Source of the DNA: Bacteroidaceae bacterium
Lineage (GTDB): Bacteria > Bacteroidota > Bacteroidia > Bacteroidales > Bacteroidaceae
NCBI GenBank assembly: GCA_963592505.1
Contig: CAVAXH010000001.1
Span: 1-63,270, forward strand
Reading direction: 5' to 3'
Length of the DNA stretch: 63,270 bases
Below, one piece after another: positions 8,628-18,362 of this stretch (position 1 is the first letter of the stretch; each line of letters begins with the position of its first letter). The notes under the pieces are model-generated. The model was not told the origin of the DNA. It was given only the letters and a program-made list of their open reading frames with translations, and made no database searches. The position numbers and the translations under genes are program-made.

Positions 8628-9815
8628 TTATTTCAGCACACCCAGCTCCTTGGCCACCTTGATGAAGGCGGCGATGCAGCGCTCCAGCTGCTCGGTGGTG
8701 TGGGCGGCACTGAGCTGCACGCGTATGCGGGCCTCGCCCTTCGGCACGACGGGATAGCAGAAGCCGGTGACATAGATGCCCTCCTGGAGCATGCGGTCAG
8801 CAAAGCGCACGGCGAGCGGAGCGTCGTAGAGCATCACGGCACAGATGGCGCTCTGCGTGGGCTTGATGTCGAAGCCGGCGGCCAGCATCTTGTCGCGGAA
8901 GTAGTTGACGTTCTCCACCAGCTTGTCGTGCAGCGAGTGGTCTTCCTTCAGGATCTCGAACACCTTCAGGCTGGCACCGATGATGCCGGGAGCCAGCGAG
9001 TTGGAGAAGAGGTAGGGGCGGCTGCTCTGACGGAGCATGTCGATGATCTCCTTGCGGCCCGTGGTGAAGCCTCCCAGGGCACCGCCGAAGGCCTTGCCCA
9101 GCGTGCCGGTGTAGATGTCCACACGTCCGTAGGTGTCGTTGAGCTCGCTCACGCCGTGGCCTGTCGGTCCGACGACGCCTGCCGAGTGGCTCTCGTCGAC
9201 CATCACCAGGGCATCGTACTTCTCTGCCAGGTCGCAGATCTTGTCCATCGGAGCCACATTGCCGTCCATCGAGAACACGCCGTCCGTGCAGATGATGCGG
9301 AAGCGCTGGGCCTGCGCCTCCTTCAGGCAACGCTCCAGGTCGTCCATGTCGGCATTCTTATAGCGGTAGCGCTGGGCCTTGCACAGGCGCACACCGTCGA
9401 TGATGCTGGCATGGTTGAGCGCATCGGAGATGATGGCATCCTCCTCGGTGAGGAACGAGCCAAAGAGTCCGCCGTTGGCGTCGAAGCAGGCTGCATAGAG
9501 GATGGTGTCCTCGGTCTTGAAGTAGTCGCTGATGGCTGCCTCCAGCTGCTTGTGGATGTCCATGGTGCCGCAGATGAAGCGCACCGATGCCATGCCATAG
9601 CCGCGCCGGTCCATGATGTCCTTGGCGCCCTGTATGAGGCGCGGGTCATTGGCCAGTCCCAGATAGTTGTTGGCACAAAAGTTGAGCACTTCTTTACCCT
9701 TCACCTGTATGGCAGCGCCCTGCGGGCTCTCTATGACACGTTCGTCCTTGTAGAGGCCTGCGGTCTTCAAGCCGGCGAGGGTTTCTTGAAGATGTTGTTT
9801 CACATTTCCGTACAT
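8628..9815 (-). CDS. kbl: Glycine C-acetyltransferase (2-amino-3-ketobutyrate CoA ligase)
   Basis: NFCANNYLGL, GMASVRFICGT, DGVFSMDG, TGTLGKAFGG PLP lysine, SRPYLFSNS. Confidence 0.96.
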   Translation of the reverse strand: MYGNVKQHLQETLAGLKTAGLYKDERVIESPQGAAIQVKGKEVLNFCANNYLGLANDPRLIQGAKDIMDRRGYGMASVRFICGTMDIHKQLEAAISDYFKTEDTILYAACFDANGGLFGSFLTEEDAIISDALNHASIIDGVRLCKAQRYRYKNADMDDLERCLKEAQAQRFRIICTDGVFSMDGNVAPMDKICDLAEKYDALVMVDESHSAGVVGPTGHGVSELNDTYGRVDIYTGTLGKAFGGALGGFTTGRKEIIDMLRQSSRPYLFSNSLAPGIIGASLKVFEILKEDHSLHDKLVENVNYFRDKMLAAGFDIKPTQSAICAVMLYDAPLAVRFADRMLQEGIYVTGFCYPVVPKGEARIRVQLSAAHTTEQLERCIAAFIKVAKELGVLK

Positions 9816-10001
9816 AGTAGTCTTTTTTTAAGTCGTTGCTACAAAGTAACGGCTTTTTATCGAGATTAGGCGGCGGAAAAGGAATGAAATGGATAGAGAA
9901 TTGGCGGATTTAATCTAATTTAACAATCCAACTTCCAATGTTCAAGAAAAAGACATTTACTTTGCGACAAAGAAAATCAACTAACTTTATCAGACCTTAA
10001 T

Positions 10002-10958
10002 ATGAACAACATTCTTGTGATTGGCTCTACGGGACAGATCGGTTCCGAGCTCACACGCGAACTTCGCAAACGCTATGGCAACGACCATGTGGTGGCAGGC
10101 TATATAAAAGGTGCCGAGCCCAAAGGCGAACTGCTGGAGTCGGGCCCTGCCGAAGAAGCCGACGTCACAAATGGCGAGATGATAGCCGCGATTGTCAAGA
10201 AGTATCACATCGACGCCATCTACAACCTGGCAGCGCTGCTGTCGGTGGTGGCCGAGAACAAGCCTCAGCTGGCGTGGAAGATCGGCATCGACGGACTGTG
10301 GAACATCCTGGAGGTGGCACGTCAGGAACATTGCCAGGTGTTCACACCCAGCTCCATCGGTTCGTTTGGAGAAAGCACTCCCCACTGGATGACACCGCAG
10401 GACACCATCCAGCGCCCCAAGACCATCTACGGCGTGAGCAAGGTCACCACCGAACTGCTCAGCGACTGGTTTAACCAGAAGTATGGCACCGACACCCGTT
10501 CGGTGCGTTTCCCGGGCCTCATCTCTTATGTCACGCCTCCGGGTGGCGGCACCACCGACTATGCTGTCGACATCTACTATGCTGCTGTGCGCGGCGAGAA
10601 GTTTGTGTGCCCCATCCCCGAAGGCACCATGATGGACATGATGTATATGCCCGACGCCCTTCAGGCTGCCATCGGCCTGATGGAAGCCGATCCCTCGCGC
10701 CTCGTGCACCACAACGGCTTCAACGTGGCTGCCATGAGTTTTGCACCCGAGACCATCTATGCCGAGATCAAGAAGCACATGCCCGACTTCCAAATGGTGT
10801 ATGAGGTGGACCCGCTGAAGAAGGCCATCGCAGAGAGCTGGCCCGACAAGCTCGACGACAGCTGCGCCCGCAACGAGTGGGACTGGAACCCGCAGTATGA
10901 CCTGCAGACCATGACCGTGGACATGCTCGACAAGCTCAGCAAGAAGCTGAAAGCATAA
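10002..10958 (+). CDS. tdh: L-threonine 3-dehydrogenase (SDR/epimerase type)
   Basis: GSTGQIG Rossmann motif, YGVSK, PGGGTTDYAV signature; divergent from kbl. Confidence 0.88.
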   Translation: MNNILVIGSTGQIGSELTRELRKRYGNDHVVAGYIKGAEPKGELLESGPAEEADVTNGEMIAAIVKKYHIDAIYNLAALLSVVAENKPQLAWKIGIDGLWNILEVARQEHCQVFTPSSIGSFGESTPHWMTPQDTIQRPKTIYGVSKVTTELLSDWFNQKYGTDTRSVRFPGLISYVTPPGGGTTDYAVDIYYAAVRGEKFVCPIPEGTMMDMMYMPDALQAAIGLMEADPSRLVHHNGFNVAAMSFAPETIYAEIKKHMPDFQMVYEVDPLKKAIAESWPDKLDDSCARNEWDWNPQYDLQTMTVDMLDKLSKKLKA

Positions 10959-11031
10959 AAGCACCAAACCGACCGAGGCACCACTCCTTTTGCTGAACCA
11001 AAGGGAAACCTGTCTTCGGTGGCAAGCAGAA

Positions 11032-11089
11032 AGCCCAGCAATCACCCAGTCCAGGGGCGCTAACCCCTGGCCTGGATGATTGCTGGGCT
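11032..11089. repeat. REP-like long inverted repeat between convergent tdh and argF'
   Basis: 26-bp arms with 2 mismatches and a 6-nt loop; homologous to positions 1-37. Confidence 0.8.
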
Positions 11090-11181
11090 CTTACTTATCT
11101 TTCAGTCGGTAGACCATTGGGCTCAGCCCGCGCAGGGCCGTGCACTATATCCTACGGCAAATCCGCCGGACACAGCTATGC

Positions 11182-12144
11182 CTACAGACTCTCGAGCACA
11201 CGCTTCAGCACCACCTCGGCGCTGATCTCGCGGTTGGCAGCCTCGGGGATGACGAGGCTGTGGTCGCTCTCGATGACGTCGTCGGTGACGATGAGGCCAC
11301 GGCGCACGGGCAGGCAGTGCATGAAATAGCCGTTGTTGGTCCAGCTCATGTGCTCGGCGTCGATGGTCCAGGCGGCATCCGTGGAGAGGATCTTGCCATA
11401 GTCGGCAGGATTGGTGACACCCGGACAGCTCCAGTTCTTGGCATACACGAAGTCGGCACCCTCAAGGGCCTTGTGCTGGTCATACTCGATGGTGGCACCC
11501 TCGGTGTATCGCGGGTCGAGGTCGTAGCCCTCGGGATGTGTCACCACGAGGTCCACGTCGGCAGCCGCCATCCACTGTGCAAACGAGTTGGGCACGGCCT
11601 GCGGCAGGGCGCGGCAGTGGGGAGCCCATGTCAGCACCACCTTGGGGCGGTGTGCCGGCTTGTGCTCCTCGATGGTGATGAGGTCGGCAAAGGCCTGCAG
11701 CGGGTGCACGGTGGCTGTCTCCATGGCCACCACGGGGCGGCCCGAGTAGCGCACAAACTGGTTGACGACGGTCTCGGCATAGTCATACTCGCGGTCGGTG
11801 AGCCCGGCAAAGGAGCGCACGGCGATGATGTCGCAGTAGGAGCCCATGACGGGTATGGCCTCGAGCAGATGTTCGCTCTTGTCGCCATCCATGATGACAC
11901 CGCGCTCGGTCTCCAGCTTCCAGGCGCCGGCATTCACGTCGAGCACGATGACGTTCATGCCGAGGTTCATGGCCGCCTTCTGGGTGGAGAGGCGTGTGCG
12001 CAGCGAGTTGTTAAAGAAGATCATCAGCAGGGTCTTGTTCTTGCCCAGCTGCTGGTATGCATATCGGTTTTGCTTCACCTCGAAAGCCTCGGCCAGCGCC
12101 TTGTCAAGCGGGCCGATGTCTTGCACGTTGAAAAAACTCTTCAT
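11182..12144 (-). CDS. argF: N-acylornithine carbamoyltransferase (ArgF'), predicted N-succinylornithine-specific
   Basis: NSLRTRLST, GAWKLE, HPLQ, HCLPVRR; DKSEH at the specificity position; start MKSFFNVQD. Confidence 0.9.
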   Translation of the reverse strand: MKSFFNVQDIGPLDKALAEAFEVKQNRYAYQQLGKNKTLLMIFFNNSLRTRLSTQKAAMNLGMNVIVLDVNAGAWKLETERGVIMDGDKSEHLLEAIPVMGSYCDIIAVRSFAGLTDREYDYAETVVNQFVRYSGRPVVAMETATVHPLQAFADLITIEEHKPAHRPKVVLTWAPHCRALPQAVPNSFAQWMAAADVDLVVTHPEGYDLDPRYTEGATIEYDQHKALEGADFVYAKNWSCPGVTNPADYGKILSTDAAWTIDAEHMSWTNNGYFMHCLPVRRGLIVTDDVIESDHSLVIPEAANREISAEVVLKRVLESL

Positions 12145-12169
12145 GGTCGTTGTGTGTGTGATGGGTTGG

Positions 12170-13843
12170 TTAGTCGTTGTTGCCACTGTCCTTGCGGCGT
12201 ATCTCCACACGGCGTATCTTGCCGCTGATGGTCTTGGGCAGCTCGTCGACAAACTCCACGATGCGCGGATACTTGTAGGGAGCCGTCTCCTTCTTGACAT
12301 GCTGCTGCAGCTCCTTCACCAGGGCATCGCCAGCCTTGTCTTTCCACTCCTTGCCCAGCACCACGGTGGCCTTCACCACCATGCCGCGGATGTCGTCGGG
12401 CACACCGGTGATGGCACACTCCACCACGGCAGGATGGGTCATCAGTGCCGACTCCACCTCAAACGGGCCGATGCGGTATCCGCTCGACTTGATGACATCG
12501 TCGATGCGGCCTTCAAACCAGTAGTAGCCGTCTTCGTCGCGCCAGGCCATGTCGCCCGTGTGGTAGAGGCCGTCGTGCCAAGCCTCCTTGGTCAGCTCGG
12601 GGTCGCGGTAGTATTCCTTGAAGAGGCCGATGGGCTTGCGGTCGCCCACGCGCACCACGATCTCGCCCTTCTCACCGTCCTCGCAGGGGGTGCCGTCGGC
12701 TTTGATGAGGTCTATGTCGTACTGTGCGTTGGGGATGCCCATCGAACCGGGCTTCGGTGTCATCCAGGGCATGGTGCCGAGAGTCATGGTGGTCTCGGTC
12801 TGTCCGAAGCCTTCCATCATCTGTATGCCGGTGAGCTCCTTGAACTTGTCGAACACCGAGGGGTTGAGCGCCTCGCCGGCCGTGGTGCAGTACTCGAGCG
12901 ACGAGAGGTCATACTTCGACAGGTCTTCGCGTATCATGAACCGATAGATGGTGGGCGGTGCGCAGAACGACGTGACGCGGTATTTCTCGATCTGGCGGAG
13001 CAGCGTGTCGGCGTTGAACTTCTCGTGGTCGAACACGAACACGGTGGCGCCGGCAAACCACTGCCCGTAGAACTTGCCCCAGACGGCCTTGCCCCAGCCC
13101 GTGTCGGCCACGGTGAGGTGGAGCGAGTGCTCGTGCAGGTTGTGCCAGAACACGCCGGTGGTGAGATGTCCCATGGCGTAGAGGTAGTCGTGGGCCACCA
13201 TCTTCGGCTCGCCGCTGGTGCCGCTGGTGAAATACATCAGCATGGTGTCTTCGTTGGTGTTGACAAACTGCGGCTTCACAAACTTGGGAGCCTGCAGCCA
13301 CTCCGTCTGCCAGTCGTGGAAGCCCTCGGGGATGGGCTTGCCGTGGTCGGTGACGGCAATGAGCGTAGTCACCGTGGGGCTCTCGGGCATGGCCAGGCGG
13401 ATCTGTCCGGTGACATAGGCGTCGTCGACACAGATGATGGCCTTCACGCTGGCGCGTGTGTTGCGGTAGACGATGTCGTGCTTGGTGAGCATGTGTGTGG
13501 CCGGTATGACGATGGCACCGATCTTGTGGAGTGCCAGCATCACCACCCACCACTCGTAGCGGCGCTTCAGGATGAGCATCACGGGGTCGTTCTTGCCGAT
13601 GCCGAGCGACATCAGGTAAGACGCAGCCTGGTCGGTCTGCTCCTTGAGCTGTGCATAGGTGGTGCGTATCTCGTCGCCCTGGTCGTTGGTCCAGAGTATG
13701 GCGAGCTTGTCGGGAGCCTCCTCGGCCCACACGTCCATCACGTCGTAGGCAAAGTTGAAGTTCTCGGGGATGATAAATTCCAGGTTGCGGTTATAGTCTT
13801 CGACCGAGTCGAAACGGGTCTGCTTTAAGAATCTTTCTATCAT
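12170..13843 (-). CDS. AMP-dependent acyl-CoA synthetase (medium-chain/acetyl-CoA synthetase-like)
   Basis: YFTSGTSGEPK, EGFGQTET, YHTGD, GRIDDVIKSSGYRIGPFEVE, LPKTISGKIRR. Confidence 0.93.
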   Translation of the reverse strand: MIERFLKQTRFDSVEDYNRNLEFIIPENFNFAYDVMDVWAEEAPDKLAILWTNDQGDEIRTTYAQLKEQTDQAASYLMSLGIGKNDPVMLILKRRYEWWVVMLALHKIGAIVIPATHMLTKHDIVYRNTRASVKAIICVDDAYVTGQIRLAMPESPTVTTLIAVTDHGKPIPEGFHDWQTEWLQAPKFVKPQFVNTNEDTMLMYFTSGTSGEPKMVAHDYLYAMGHLTTGVFWHNLHEHSLHLTVADTGWGKAVWGKFYGQWFAGATVFVFDHEKFNADTLLRQIEKYRVTSFCAPPTIYRFMIREDLSKYDLSSLEYCTTAGEALNPSVFDKFKELTGIQMMEGFGQTETTMTLGTMPWMTPKPGSMGIPNAQYDIDLIKADGTPCEDGEKGEIVVRVGDRKPIGLFKEYYRDPELTKEAWHDGLYHTGDMAWRDEDGYYWFEGRIDDVIKSSGYRIGPFEVESALMTHPAVVECAITGVPDDIRGMVVKATVVLGKEWKDKAGDALVKELQQHVKKETAPYKYPRIVEFVDELPKTISGKIRRVEIRRKDSGNND

Positions 13844-13864
13844 GGTAGCATAGTGTTCGGTTGG

Positions 13865-14422
13865 TTATTCGACTGTGGCGGCCAGCATCTTTACGGCCTT
13901 GTCGCCCACGGCCAGCATGCCGTGCGGCTTGCTCGAGTCGAAGTAGATGCTGTCGCCTTCGTTGAGCCGTATGGTCTTGCCGTCAAGATAGAGGTCCATG
14001 GCGCCTTCGAGCACCAGGTTGAACTCCTGCCCGGCGTGTGTATTCTTGTAGATGGTGTGCACTCCGGGCTTGGGTTCGATGGTCACGATGAACACATCGG
14101 CATGGTGGTCGACATATCCGCTCACCAGGCTCTGGTATTTATAGGCCTTGGTGCGCTCCACGCTCATGCCCTGTCCTTTGCGCACCACGAAGTATGACTT
14201 CATGTGGGGTGCCTCGGCAAACATAAGCTCCTCGACCGACACGCCATACTTGTCGGCGATCTTCATCAGCTTGGAGATGGTGATGTCCACCTCACCCTGT
14301 TCTATTTTCTCATAGACTTCCGGCTTGAGTCCGCAGGTGTCTGCCACTTCCTGTACGGTCAGGTCAAGGGCGTCGCGCAGTCCTCTGAGGCGTTCACCGA
14401 TTTGTTTGAGTTGTTCGTCCAT
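13865..14422 (-). CDS. XRE-family HTH regulator with cupin domain
   Basis: IGERLRGLR HTH; C-terminal cupin HAGQEFNLVLEG...GDSIYFDS..PH. Confidence 0.92.
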   Translation of the reverse strand: MDEQLKQIGERLRGLRDALDLTVQEVADTCGLKPEVYEKIEQGEVDITISKLMKIADKYGVSVEELMFAEAPHMKSYFVVRKGQGMSVERTKAYKYQSLVSGYVDHHADVFIVTIEPKPGVHTIYKNTHAGQEFNLVLEGAMDLYLDGKTIRLNEGDSIYFDSSKPHGMLAVGDKAVKMLAATVE

Positions 14423-14452
14423 AATGTCTTTGTCTTATGATGTTTCGGTTGT

Positions 14453-15595
14453 TTACAATGATTGGAAGACGCGTCCCAGCTTTTCTACAAACAGGTCGGC
14501 GTCGGCCTTGCTGAGACACAGCGGCGGCAGCAGGCGCAGCACGTTGGTGCCGGCACAGCCGGTGAAGCAGTGCTCCTGACCGATGAGCGGCAGACGCACG
14601 TCCTTGTGGGGAATGTCGAGGTCGATGCCGATCATGAGGCCGCGGCCGCGCACGTCGAGGATGTGCGTCTGTGTCTGCTGCATCTCACGGAGGCGGCCGA
14701 TGAGATACTCGCCCACCTCATGTGCGTTGTCCACGAGGTGTTCGGCTTCGAACACGTCGAGCACGGCCAGCGCAGCGGCACAGGCCAGGTGGTTGCCGCC
14801 GAAGGTGGTGCCGAGTTGTCCCTTGGCGGGAGCAAAGTCGGGCGAGATGAGCACGGCACCCATGGGAAAGCCGTTGCCGATGCCTTTGGCCACGGTGATG
14901 AGGTCGGGCTTCACGCCCAGCCACTGATGGGCAAAGAACTTGCCGCTGCGGCCATAGCCACACTGTATCTCGTCGGCAATGAGCACCGCTCCGTGCTTCT
15001 TGCAGGCAGCGGCCAGCCCCTGTGCAAACTCGGGTGTGGCGAGACGTATGCCGCCCACGCCCTGTATGGCCTCGAGGATGACAGCGCACACGTCGCCCTT
15101 GGCCAACTCGGCCTCCCATGCCGGCAGGTCGTTGATGGGCAGGAAGGTGGTGTGGCCGTTGCTGTTGATGGGGGCCACGATCTTGGGGTTGTCGGTGGCC
15201 TCAACGGCCAGCGAGGTGCGGCCGTGGAAGGCATGGCTGGCTGCCAGCACGCGCGAGCGTCCGGTGTGGAAGCTGGCGAGCTTCAGGGCGTTCTCGTTGG
15301 CCTCGGCTCCGCTGTTGATGAGGAAGAGCTGATAGTCGTCGTAGCCCGACAGACGGCCGAGGCGTTCGGCCAGCTGCTCCTGCAGGCGGTTGATGACGCT
15401 GTTCGAGTAGAACCCCAGCCGGTTGAGCTGCCGGGTCAGCGCCTCTACATAGTGGGGGTGGCAGTGACCGATGCTGATGACGGCATGTCCGCCATAGAGG
15501 TCGAGGTATTCCTGTCCCCGGTCGTCCCACACTCTGGTTCCTTTTCCTTCGACGATGTTCACGTCGAACAGAGAGTATACATCAAATAGTTTCAT
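14453..15595 (-). CDS. argD: Acylornithine aminotransferase
   Basis: YLDLYGGHAV, NSGAEANE, FHGRT, DEIQCGYGRSG, TVAKG, GTTFGGN. Confidence 0.95.
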   Translation of the reverse strand: MKLFDVYSLFDVNIVEGKGTRVWDDRGQEYLDLYGGHAVISIGHCHPHYVEALTRQLNRLGFYSNSVINRLQEQLAERLGRLSGYDDYQLFLINSGAEANENALKLASFHTGRSRVLAASHAFHGRTSLAVEATDNPKIVAPINSNGHTTFLPINDLPAWEAELAKGDVCAVILEAIQGVGGIRLATPEFAQGLAAACKKHGAVLIADEIQCGYGRSGKFFAHQWLGVKPDLITVAKGIGNGFPMGAVLISPDFAPAKGQLGTTFGGNHLACAAALAVLDVFEAEHLVDNAHEVGEYLIGRLREMQQTQTHILDVRGRGLMIGIDLDIPHKDVRLPLIGQEHCFTGCAGTNVLRLLPPLCLSKADADLFVEKLGRVFQSL

Positions 15596-15746
15596 GGTGT
15601 TTTCTTATCGTCTCGGTGCCCTGCGCTATGCGGGGCGGTGTTGGTGTGTTTGCCCTCGCTGCACGGCGTGAGAGGAGGGCATTGTATAAAAAAAGCAATG
15701 CCGCCACTGGCCGGAAGGCCGGTGGCAGGCTTGTAGGGTGTAGTGG

Positions 15747-16751
15747 TCAGAATGCCGACGGCTTGAGCTGCAGGCCGGTGGTCTCGCTGATGCCAAACAT
15801 GATGTTCATGTTCTGCACGGCCTGGCCCACAGCACCCTTGAGCAGGTTGTCGATGCAGGCGGTGACGAGCAGTTTGCCGTCGATGACATCGCAGTGCACC
15901 AGTGCCTTGTTGGTGTTGACCACCTGCTTCATGTCGAGCGGCTTGTCCACATAGTGGGTAAACGGCTCCCGGGCATAGAAGTCCTTGTAGCCGGCCACGA
16001 TGGTCTCGGCATCGGCAGAGGTGTGCAGCACCTCGGTGGCAAAGATGCCTCGGGCAAAGTTGCCGCGATAGGGTATGAAGTCGATGGCGGCATCGAGGCT
16101 GCCCTGCTCCTGACGGAGGCTCTGGCAGATCTCGGGCACATGCTGGTGACGGAAGGCCTTGTAGACGCTCATGTTGTCGGCGCGCCACGAGAAGTGGGTG
16201 GTGGCTCCGGGCTTCACGCCGGCACCGGTGGATCCGGTGATGGCATTGACCATGACATCGCTGTCGATGAGGTGCATGCGGGCGGCGGGCAGCAGTCCGA
16301 GCTGTATGCAGGTGGCGAAGCATCCGGGGTTGGCCACATGACGGGCGGCGGCTATACGCTGGCGGTTGATCTCCGGCAGGCCATAGACGAAGTCGTGGTT
16401 GCCGGGGCTGTAGGGCTGCGAGGCATCGTAGGCGCCGGGGGCAGCCAGCCGGAAGTCTTGTGCCAGGTCGATGATGCGCACCGTGTCGGGGATGTGGTGC
16501 TCGCGCAGGAAGGCCTCGCTCTTGCCGTGGCCGAAGCAGAAGAACACCACGTCGACCTCGTCGAAGGGCATGTCGGAGGTGAAGCGCATGTCGGTGTCGC
16601 CATACAGGCCTTCGTGGACATCGGTGAGCAGGTTGCCGGCATTGCTCTCGCTATTGACAAACACCAGGCTGGCCTCAGGATGATGGAGCAGCAGGCGGAT
16701 GAGTTCACCGGCGGTATAGCCGGCTCCTCCCAGTATTCCTATCTTTATCAT
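15747..16751 (-). CDS. argC: N-acyl-gamma-glutamyl-phosphate reductase
   Basis: GGAGYTAGEL, ANPGCFAT catalytic Cys, GSTGAG, IDNLLKGAVGQAVQNMN. Confidence 0.97.
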   Translation of the reverse strand: MIKIGILGGAGYTAGELIRLLLHHPEASLVFVNSESNAGNLLTDVHEGLYGDTDMRFTSDMPFDEVDVVFFCFGHGKSEAFLREHHIPDTVRIIDLAQDFRLAAPGAYDASQPYSPGNHDFVYGLPEINRQRIAAARHVANPGCFATCIQLGLLPAARMHLIDSDVMVNAITGSTGAGVKPGATTHFSWRADNMSVYKAFRHQHVPEICQSLRQEQGSLDAAIDFIPYRGNFARGIFATEVLHTSADAETIVAGYKDFYAREPFTHYVDKPLDMKQVVNTNKALVHCDVIDGKLLVTACIDNLLKGAVGQAVQNMNIMFGISETTGLQLKPSAF

Positions 16752-16766
16752 ATTCGACGCTTGTGG

Positions 16767-16958
16767 TTAGTTTTTCGGCATGAATATCCAAAGGACGACA
16801 TAGATGAGCAGACCGGGGAAACCTGTGCTGCACAGCGACAGCAGGAGGTAGGCCAGGCGCACCAATGTGGGGTCCCAGCCGAAATAGTCGGCCAGACCAC
16901 CGCAGACACCGGCTACCCAACTGTCGGACGAACGCATGAGTCGTTTGTTGTTTGGCAT
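16767..16958 (-). CDS. pspC: PspC domain small membrane protein
   Basis: KRLMRS....VAGVCGGLADYFGWDPTLVRL...Y...WIFMP. Confidence 0.9.
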   Translation of the reverse strand: MPNNKRLMRSSDSWVAGVCGGLADYFGWDPTLVRLAYLLLSLCSTGFPGLLIYVVLWIFMPKN

Positions 16959-17028
16959 AGGATCTATATTTGTGTGTGTATGATTTTATGTTATATAGCA
17001 TGTGATATGGCAGATGCTGTGCCTGGGC

Positions 17029-18228
17029 TTAGCGCTGCTCGTCGGGGTGCATGCCGTAGAACACGCGCAGCGGTGTGGCGCTGATCTTGATGAAGCCCTT
17101 GGCATCATCGGCCGTCCATCCGTGGTTCATCTCGCCATACTCGCCGAGCTTCGACTTGGTGAGGTCGTCAGCCGAGTCGACGCCCACCGTCTGGAAGCCA
17201 TAGGGGCGCAGCTTGAGGATGGCGGTGCCGTTGACGTGGCGCTGCGAACTGGTGAGGAATGCCTCCATGTCGGGCATGACAGGCTCCAGATACTGGCTCT
17301 CGTGGAGGAACATGCCATACCAGTTGGCCATCTGGTCCTTCCAGTACTGCTGCCACTTGGACAGTGTCGACTTCTCCAGCAGGCGGTGTGCCTCAATGAT
17401 GAGCATGGGGGCTGCAGCCTCGAAGCCCACGCGGCCCTTGATGCCGATGATGGTGTCGCCCACGTTGCAGTCGCGGCCGATGGCATAGCTGGCACCGATC
17501 TCCTCGATCTTCTGGATGGCCTTCACCTTGTCGTCGAAGTGCTCGCCGTTGACGGCGGCTATCTCACCCTTCTCGAAGGTGATGCGCAGCTCGGCCTCAG
17601 GTGCTTCGGCAGTGACGTGCTTGAGATAGGCTTCTTCGGGCAGTCCCTGTGCGGGGTCGAGCAGTTCGCCGCCGCAGATGCTGGTACCCCAGATGCCTAC
17701 GTTATAGCTGTATTTGAGTTTGGTGAAGTCGGCAAAGAAGCCGTGCTCGTTGAGATAGTCGACCTCTTCCTTGCGCGACAGCTCCTGGTCGCGTGTCAGC
17801 GTGATGATCTCCACGCCGGGGGCCATGACGAGGAACGTCATGTCGAAACGTATCTGGTCGTTGCCGGCACCGGTAGAGCCGTGGGCGATGGCATCGGCAC
17901 CGATCTCCTTGGCATAGCGTGCGATGGCGATGGCCTGGAAGATGCGCTCCGACGACACGGAGATGGGATAGCAGTTGTTGCGCAGCACATTGCCGAAGAT
18001 CATATACTTCAGCGACTTGGCATAGTACTCCTGTGTCACGTCGAGCGTCACGTATTTCACGGCGCCGAGCTTGATGGCGTTCTCCTCGTTCTTCTTCAAC
18101 TGCTCGTCGCTGAAGCCGCCGGTGTTGGCACAGGCTGCATAGACGTCCCAGCCATCCTGGGCGAGTTTCATCACGGTGTATGAGGTGTCAAGGCCTCCAC
18201 TAAAGGCTACTACTACTTTCTTTTTCAT
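17029..18228 (-). CDS. argG: Argininosuccinate synthase
   Basis: VAFSGGLDTS, AHGSTGAGNDQIRF, GIKGR.GFEA. Confidence 0.97.
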   Translation of the reverse strand: MKKKVVVAFSGGLDTSYTVMKLAQDGWDVYAACANTGGFSDEQLKKNEENAIKLGAVKYVTLDVTQEYYAKSLKYMIFGNVLRNNCYPISVSSERIFQAIAIARYAKEIGADAIAHGSTGAGNDQIRFDMTFLVMAPGVEIITLTRDQELSRKEEVDYLNEHGFFADFTKLKYSYNVGIWGTSICGGELLDPAQGLPEEAYLKHVTAEAPEAELRITFEKGEIAAVNGEHFDDKVKAIQKIEEIGASYAIGRDCNVGDTIIGIKGRVGFEAAAPMLIIEAHRLLEKSTLSKWQQYWKDQMANWYGMFLHESQYLEPVMPDMEAFLTSSQRHVNGTAILKLRPYGFQTVGVDSADDLTKSKLGEYGEMNHGWTADDAKGFIKISATPLRVFYGMHPDEQR

Positions 18229-18362
18229 AATTGTGGTCCTCCGGAGTCTGCCTTCCGGCTGCAGCTCTCACATTGCGGGCGCGGCTGTGCGGCAGACGTA
18301 TTTTAGGTGTTAATGTTGTTTTTATGTGTTGTTATGATGGGTGAGTGTCCCGATGCTCGCCG

